This document shows positions 58,308 through 64,000 of a stretch of DNA of 64,000 nt, in pieces (the stretch's first letter is position 1; every line of letters begins with the position of its first letter). Under the pieces are notes generated by a model. It did no database searches, was not told the DNA's origin, and worked only from the letters and a program-made list of their open reading frames with translations. Origin of the DNA: an uncultured Nitrososphaerales archaeon (GTDB lineage Archaea; Thermoproteota; Nitrososphaeria; Nitrososphaerales; Nitrososphaeraceae); contig CAVQMO010000001.1 of assembly GCA_963713605.1 (NCBI GenBank), forward strand, positions 640,001 through 704,000. The letters run 5' to 3'. The translations under genes were made by a program, and so were the position numbers.

Positions 58308-58697
58308 ATGACTACTTCAGAAGAAAAAGCAAGCGATCAGAAGGTTAAGGAACAGAGTGACGAGCTGAGGGCAAAGTATCCCATCTTTACTGCCATTCTA
58401 GAAAGGATTCCAGATATGGATTTGAAAGAAGTCGTTAGTATATTAGGACTAGTTGATCCTGTAAGGTCGGTATTGAAGACCCATGCTACGAGATTGGCTT
58501 TCATAGGGGAGGATAAGGAGCTTGATCAAATGATTGAAGATGGGATTAATAAGTTGAGGACAAAATACGCTACACTGGCCGGTATCCTAGAAAGAATCCA
58601 TAAAATGGATCTAAAAGAGACCGCAATAGGATTGTTAGGAATTGATGCAATGGAGTCACTGCTAAAGCTTAGGATGCTAGTGATTCTGGCATCCTAA
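58308..58697 (+). CDS. Hypothetical protein with internal duplication
   Basis: LRAKYPIFTAILERIPDMDLKE and LRTKYATLAGILERIHKMDLKE. Confidence 0.75.
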   Translation: MTTSEEKASDQKVKEQSDELRAKYPIFTAILERIPDMDLKEVVSILGLVDPVRSVLKTHATRLAFIGEDKELDQMIEDGINKLRTKYATLAGILERIHKMDLKETAIGLLGIDAMESLLKLRMLVILAS

Positions 58698-59674
58698 TCC
58701 TCTTTACCAAGCGTCTTTACCAAGGATTTTTAAAAGATCACTTATATTCAATATTAGCTTAACTCCAAGTCATTAGTTTAGTTGGCAGTCCTAATATAGA
58801 ATTGTAGGGACTAAGCCATCAATTCATTCACGATTAGTTCAACAGATGCAGTAGCCTCTCTCTACTACTAAAGATATATTGTCGCAGCCATGGACATGTT
58901 GTCCACCTTCCTCTTTCGTGCTAGCTGTAACAAGATCCACAACGACAAATATGCCACTATATCGCCGTTCAAGAACGAGTAGTAGAAAACAGTAGCTGAG
59001 TGTTGAACTGCAGTTTTGGTAAAAGTATTCAATACAGTTCGCTGATGTCAAAAAATTGGATTTGACAATGTCTACAAAAGCACTTTCTACGTCAGAATAT
59101 CTGCTTATATCTAATCGACCAATTATGGCAGTCATGTCTACTTTTGAAGTATGTCGATAGTTCAGATTGAATGATCATAAATGTAATTTATCATGTAAAA
59201 GAATTACAAAGGGCTAAAGAATACATTTGTAATGTTACCAACGACTTGCCTTTTTGATCTTCTAGATATTATTGATTACTATAGTCTAATCAAATATGCT
59301 TTCAGGACATGCTCCGTCTGTTGTTACATAGTTAGTCTGATGCTGAAATCTGGCTTTGATTTTTCAATATGAGAGGTCCCATCATTTGGCTCTGAAATAT
59401 TGTTGTTAGCATTTATCACATTCTTCTCACGTCTCTTTATATCAAAGTGTATCCTAGGATAAAAGTAACCTAGGATAAAAGATTTATGATTTCCTTAGAT
59501 TGGTGATATAAATCAAGGATTGACGGGTGAGGGATGCATAAGTATAGGTGTCTAAAATATAATTTAAAACAAATCTCTTTGCTATCTGAATAAAAGGGAA
59601 AAGCTTCTTTGGAATGCTTGGAGCGGTCACGTTCAAGTTGTAAATCAAATTCAAGAACAAGTTATCAGGTGCAT

Positions 59675-59959
59675 CTAGTCTGTGGGCAAATTCTGTTTAA
59701 GTTCATTTGCTGATACATCTGGTTGTGTAAGAGCATCTCCTAATCCCGCCATCATCTGTCTAGTACTATTATCTATAGCCAAAGTTCTGTTCTCTGAAAA
59801 AGCGGTCATTTGCTGACCTGCTCTTGTCAAATTAACTGCTAGCGAGTCTAATTTACTTGAAGCCATTTGTAACTCTGACCTTGCTCCAGAGATATTTCCA
59901 GTGCTAACGGTAGTAGCCAAACTGGGCCTAAAGATGTAAAGTGGTGAAAAAACCACCAT
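59675..59959 (-). CDS. Possible secreted hypothetical protein (may be truncated)
   Basis: 94-aa ORF, helical, N-glycosylation-type sequons. Confidence 0.45.
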   Translation of the reverse strand: MVVFSPLYIFRPSLATTVSTGNISGARSELQMASSKLDSLAVNLTRAGQQMTAFSENRTLAIDNSTRQMMAGLGDALTQPDVSANELKQNLPTD

Positions 59960-60401
59960 GGATAGAATTAGGAGGCTTCCAATTGAAGTGGCAGACTTAG
60001 AAAGAGGCTTAGAATTCTAGATACAGGCTCTTAAAAAGAATCTAGTAAAAAATAAGGGATTACTGACCGAATGGTGATAAAGTCGGTACTACTCAGGGCT
60101 TAACGGAGAGCGCCGGTCGAGACTATTTCAGACGTCATTTGAATATTGCCAATGAAAAAGGGAGAGGCTTAACTTTGGAATACCACACAACTTGATAGGA
60201 TAAAAAGAATCTTTAGTGGCATCCAACTTTGCTATAAACGTGACCCATGAAAAGTAATTGATTTGCAAGGGCCAAAAGAAGTATCTGAAAGTTAAATTTG
60301 AATTAGTCACTTGATATTTTTTAAGATTTGTTGTATAAGTTTATAAATTTCAAAGAGCTTAATTGGACTGTATAAAGGTATAATAGGGACGTTCGAGAGA
60401 G

Positions 60402-60867
60402 GTGGTTATGAGACAAGAACACGTAACTTTGAAAAACGTAGAGGTCGAACGACTTTTTGAACTCATCAAGAAACATTTGCAGGAAATAAAGCTAGATATT
60501 ATTCATGAAGAGACGGCTGCTTCCACTGCTTCCACTGCTTCCGGCTATTGGAACTTGAAGGCGCATAAAGGTAGCAAAGGTAGTATAGTTGTGGGTAATA
60601 TAAGAGATGTAGAAGTAATGATAAGCGGAACCAAGGGTAACTACGACCTAGTTCTAAGAACTGGTGCATGGGGTAAAGACATAATCGTACCAACAGCCAT
60701 ATGGGGAGTCGCGACAGCAGGATTAGTCTGTTGTTCCAGTAGCTCTAGCTGAAATTTACAGGGCGCATGCATTTGAAAAGCATTTCTGGGATTTTATTAG
60801 AGAAAAGACCGCTGAAATTAGCGATGGAAAGGCAGAAGTTTCTAGTCCAGTAACAGTGACGCCCTGA
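60402..60867 (+). CDS. Hypothetical protein, apparent frameshift near 60728
   Basis: LRTGAWGKDIIVPTAI continues in a shifted frame as VPVALAEIYRAHAFEKHFWDFI...SSPVTVTP*, supported by paralog remnant 13898-14110. Confidence 0.75.
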
Positions 60868-61186
60868 GTGAAATTATAGAGATAAAGGTATTAAGATGCG
60901 AGACAGGACTGGATATTTTTTCTGAGTCTTTAAAATTTTTCTTCATACATAGAAGGTTTCAACTCAAGACTAGCCGGGCTATCGTTAAAATTTCCGAAAT
61001 GTAAGTGGTTTACGCCCGAGATTTTTAATCCCACGACTGGAACGTTCTGTCAATAACAATACCCACTGGAAGAACGTTTTTGCAAACCTTCTGACACTAA
61101 ATTCAGACTATGGAGGATAAAGCAACAAGGGTTAGAGGCGTTAAAAGGTCAGCACCTCGAATAATATACTCCTAATATATTCAGGC

Positions 61187-61248
61187 GTTACTAGTTCAGT
61201 GTATCAAAGTCTTGAGCGTGAAAGTGTCAAGATATCACAAGCGATATT
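61187..61248 (+). repeat. Dispersed GTTACTAGTT...palindrome repeat, copy 4
   Basis: gttactagttcagtgtatcaaagtcttgagcgtgaaa...gatatcac-aa-gcgatatt. Confidence 0.72.
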
Positions 61249-61441
61249 CTCTATTTTAGAGTATATAGAGGATTATGATACCCGGTCTCTATAGGTCTAC
61301 TCTGGCAGTAGACGCCAAGCGTAGTATTCCACCTTGGCTTCCTGGTTGCTATTCTTGTCGTTGTCGCTTTCCCTTATGAACTCTAAAGTTGGAACCAATT
61401 TTCCCAATTCTTGTTTATATACTAGTGTTACCCATCGGCAC

Positions 61442-61744
61442 ATGATGAAAAACAATATTGTAATAGGAATAGTTGTTGCCATGGCTTTGGGCTCTGTCAT
61501 AACAGGTAGCACCCTTACAGCGGTATCAGCGCAAGGGAACATGACTGCAGGTGGCGGTGGGAACATGACTGCAGGTGGCGGTGGGAACATGACTGCAGGT
61601 GGCGGGGACATAGTACAGCAGTTAAAGTCAGCCGCTGTCACAGCAAAACTCATAGACAATAAGAAAATGTTTATAATCGCCTGCCTGCCGGAGATGACAG
61701 ATCCAGATACCCAGTGCTCAGTTGCCAACCTAGAACTGCGATAA
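61442..61744 (+). CDS. Small secreted protein with (GNMTAGGG)x3
   Basis: Signal peptide MMKNNIVIGIVVAMALG; C-terminal Cys pair. Confidence 0.75.
   Translation: MMKNNIVIGIVVAMALGSVITGSTLTAVSAQGNMTAGGGGNMTAGGGGNMTAGGGDIVQQLKSAAVTAKLIDNKKMFIIACLPEMTDPDTQCSVANLELR
61535..61606. repeat. 24-bp coding tandem repeat x3
   Basis: gggaacatgactgcaggtggcgg(t/g) x3. Confidence 0.95.
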
Positions 61745-62124
61745 ATGAATGAGTTTTAGAGGATAAGGGTCAAAGAGGAAACCCTACCTTCATCTTTTTT
61801 ATTTTTATTTGGTTTTTGTTGTTGTTCTTCTAGGTACCTTACTCCTTACTCCTTTAATCAGATTGAAGTATCGGATACCTTACATTGTTACAGTGAAACA
61901 CAAATCCATTTCATAGGTAGAGATATTGTACATATTGGTACTTATTCTGTTTATACAGGTTTCTTATATTATAGTTCCCCAACATTGTTGCATCTCTTGT
62001 CCTATTCTCGAAAATTAATCACAAGCTGTTCTGAAAGTCGTTACCAAAGGGAATACAAGTAATTGTCAATATGAGCTGTTTTTTTTAGCCCGCTCGCCTT
62101 CTAACTTCTAAGCTGAGAACAGAT

Positions 62125-62345
62125 TCACCTAAAGTATGTACACAATTTTGGCAATGAATCTTCTGAATCTAATCTTCAAGAGTTAGTATATTGCCAAAAG
62201 ACAATCAGGAAACAGAAATATTAAGACCTAAACAATGTCCTAACTGTAACGAACCCAATAGACCAGATCAGAAATTCTGTCAAATGTAAGATGGTACTAA
62301 CTTATGATGCCTATTGCGAAACGATTGAAGAAAAACAAATTAAGG
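62125..62345 (+). mobile_element. Tyrosine integrase C-terminal remnant with zinc ribbon
   Basis: PKYVHNFGNESSES (region of the catalytic Tyr)...LRPKQCPNCNEPNRPDQKFC.KCKMVLTYDAY; frameshifted, catalytic core absent. Confidence 0.68.
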
Positions 62346-62349
62346 CTAA

Positions 62350-62580
62350 ATGGGAAGATCAAAATTAATGCCTGAAAAGGAAGTCTATCCGATAAGAAAT
62401 TGTGCAGGCTGCGGCGATCCTATTTTTTTGGATAAAGGCAACTACATACAATTTGTCAGTACAAGTCAAATAAAATGGTATACACACAAAGATTGTTTTA
62501 CTAAAAGTTTGAATAGAGGGCTAAGTGATTGGCTAGAGATAGAGATGAACTCCTACTTTAGAAGGATGGAAGTACACTAA
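62350..62580 (+). CDS. Small CxxC...HxxC zinc-binding protein
   Basis: CAGCGDPI...YTHKDC; follows the integrase remnant. Confidence 0.6.
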   Translation: MGRSKLMPEKEVYPIRNCAGCGDPIFLDKGNYIQFVSTSQIKWYTHKDCFTKSLNRGLSDWLEIEMNSYFRRMEVH

Positions 62581-62625
62581 GCCTTTTTCCTTCTCTTTAA
62601 TAGATTTCTCCAAGAAAGGGGGTTA

Positions 62626-62823
62626 ATGAGTAAGCCACCAATAGTAGCCAAAGAAATACAGATTTGTCATAATGGCATAATTTTTACAATTCAAGTTACA
62701 TTAATTGAAGCAGGTACTCAAGTACCTCCATCATCACCACAATCTGTTGATACTTTAAAAATTGTTAATGTCGTCACTTCAGCAGCAGACGGTGATAACA
62801 AAGGGGAAAATATGCTCTTGTAA
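62626..62823 (+). CDS. Small hypothetical protein
   Basis: 65-aa ORF preceded by a purine-rich tract. Confidence 0.45.
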   Translation: MSKPPIVAKEIQICHNGIIFTIQVTLIEAGTQVPPSSPQSVDTLKIVNVVTSAADGDNKGENMLL

Positions 62824-63061
62824 TGAAGATTTAACAGTTGGTAAGAGCTTGCAATCTGGACAATAAAATAAACGAAAAGAAGGGAAGGCCAGTAAAAAAG
62901 CATTCAGAATCTTATTGCCACGTGCGAATGCAGCAATAATATGATTTTGAATAAACTGGCTCATCCACAAACTTGTGAGGCTAATTTATCTCATCTCCTC
63001 ATAGTAGACATATTACCGGTTTCCTGTCAACAGCTATATAGTTTATATCCCTCCTCAAAAA

Positions 63062-63796
63062 TTGGTTTATTTATTGATCGCTGGATCAAAAAGCAACTAT
63101 CTGCTGGAAATTGTTGGCACATTCATCCTGGTTTACGCTATTTGTTCAGCAGCTACTGTATATTCTGGGACCAACAAACTGCTTGGAATAGTTGGCCTCG
63201 GACAGCTCGGAATGATTGGAATAGGTTTGGTTCATGCTTTTGCTTTAGTTGCAATAGTTTATGCTATAGCATATCGCACTGGAGGTCAGGTTAATCCAGC
63301 TGTTACAATAGCGTTGCTAGTAACAGGAAAACTGCGTGCAAAAGAAGCGACACTGTATATTGCGTGCCAAATATTAGGGGCTGTTATCGCTGCCGCTGTA
63401 GTATATTCAATGTTTGGAAGCGATATGGCTGCTAGTGTCACGCTTCCTGCGGATGATAATGTTACTCGAGCGTTTATATTGGAAACTGTTATGACATTTA
63501 CTCTTGTATATGTAGTATTAACAACAACTTCATCCAAAAATTATAAGATAGCGTCATTAGCCGGAGTGGCAATAGGATTTACCCTTGGATTTAATGTAAT
63601 ATTGGGAGGTTCCATAAGTGGCGGATCTTTAAATCCAGCACGTTCATTTGGTCCTGCACTAATTGTTGGAAACTTTGACTATCAATGGATTTACTGGATA
63701 GCTCCTATTCTTGGAGGACTAATAGCAGCCGGGGTGTATAGGGGATTACATAAAGACTTAGACTTACCATCGCCTCCAAATGATAAATTGACATAA
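63062..63796 (+). CDS. MIP family channel (aquaporin)
   Basis: GGQVNPAVT and GGSLNPARSFGP NPA boxes, WIYWIAP. Confidence 0.95.
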   Translation: MVYLLIAGSKSNYLLEIVGTFILVYAICSAATVYSGTNKLLGIVGLGQLGMIGIGLVHAFALVAIVYAIAYRTGGQVNPAVTIALLVTGKLRAKEATLYIACQILGAVIAAAVVYSMFGSDMAASVTLPADDNVTRAFILETVMTFTLVYVVLTTTSSKNYKIASLAGVAIGFTLGFNVILGGSISGGSLNPARSFGPALIVGNFDYQWIYWIAPILGGLIAAGVYRGLHKDLDLPSPPNDKLT

Positions 63797-63831
63797 GAGT
63801 GCTAACTTCTTTGATTATTATTGGCAGTATC

Positions 63832-64000
63832 TCAAGAACGTCTGACAATATCGTGCCTACTTTTGAGTATCATTAGGACGTATGAGGCCGTAACAGGAAT
63901 AATAAGTAAGAACGCAACATTGAGAACTTGATCGTTTAAAGTGCCAGTTAACAGAGCACTGAAGATATATCTTACGAGAATAACAGTGATAGGAACGATA
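63832..64000 (-). CDS. 3' part of a paralog of 53437-53910 (runs off the window)
   Basis: Nucleotide match to 53437-53600; ends SRHDIVRRS*. Confidence 0.75.
   Translation of the reverse strand, partial: IVPITVILVRYIFSALLTGTLNDQVLNVAFLLIIPVTASYVLMILKSRHDIVRRS

Overview
AT-rich archaeal DNA, most consistent with a soil ammonia-oxidising archaeon (Nitrososphaeraceae-like). This is inferred from gene content and style: ureEFGD, an amt-P-II pair, plastocyanin-like cupredoxins and many small secreted proteins. The window opens with the urease accessory genes and carries nitrogen- and transport-related genes: Amt plus P-II, two isochorismatase-family amidohydrolases, a MIP channel, an MFS transporter, a CPA1 antiporter and a ClC-like protein. 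It also holds three patatin-like phospholipases plus a fragment. Between intact genes lies a dense field of gene debris: at least seven separate remnants of one terminase-large-subunit-like family, a DPPY methyltransferase with a premature stop, a tyrosine-integrase tail, small Zn-finger and Cys-rich ORFs, and a four-copy dispersed repeat ending in a palindrome. Other remnants include ureD, CHRD, K+ channel, redoxin, PfkB, histidine kinase and a high-GC TauD-like piece. Many otherwise conserved genes (ureF, ureD, amt, patatins) have single-base frameshifts that look like uncorrected long-read errors, so pseudogene calls resting on one indel are uncertain. No rRNA, tRNA or CRISPR array was seen. 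All family assignments come from motif recognition by eye, not database searches.
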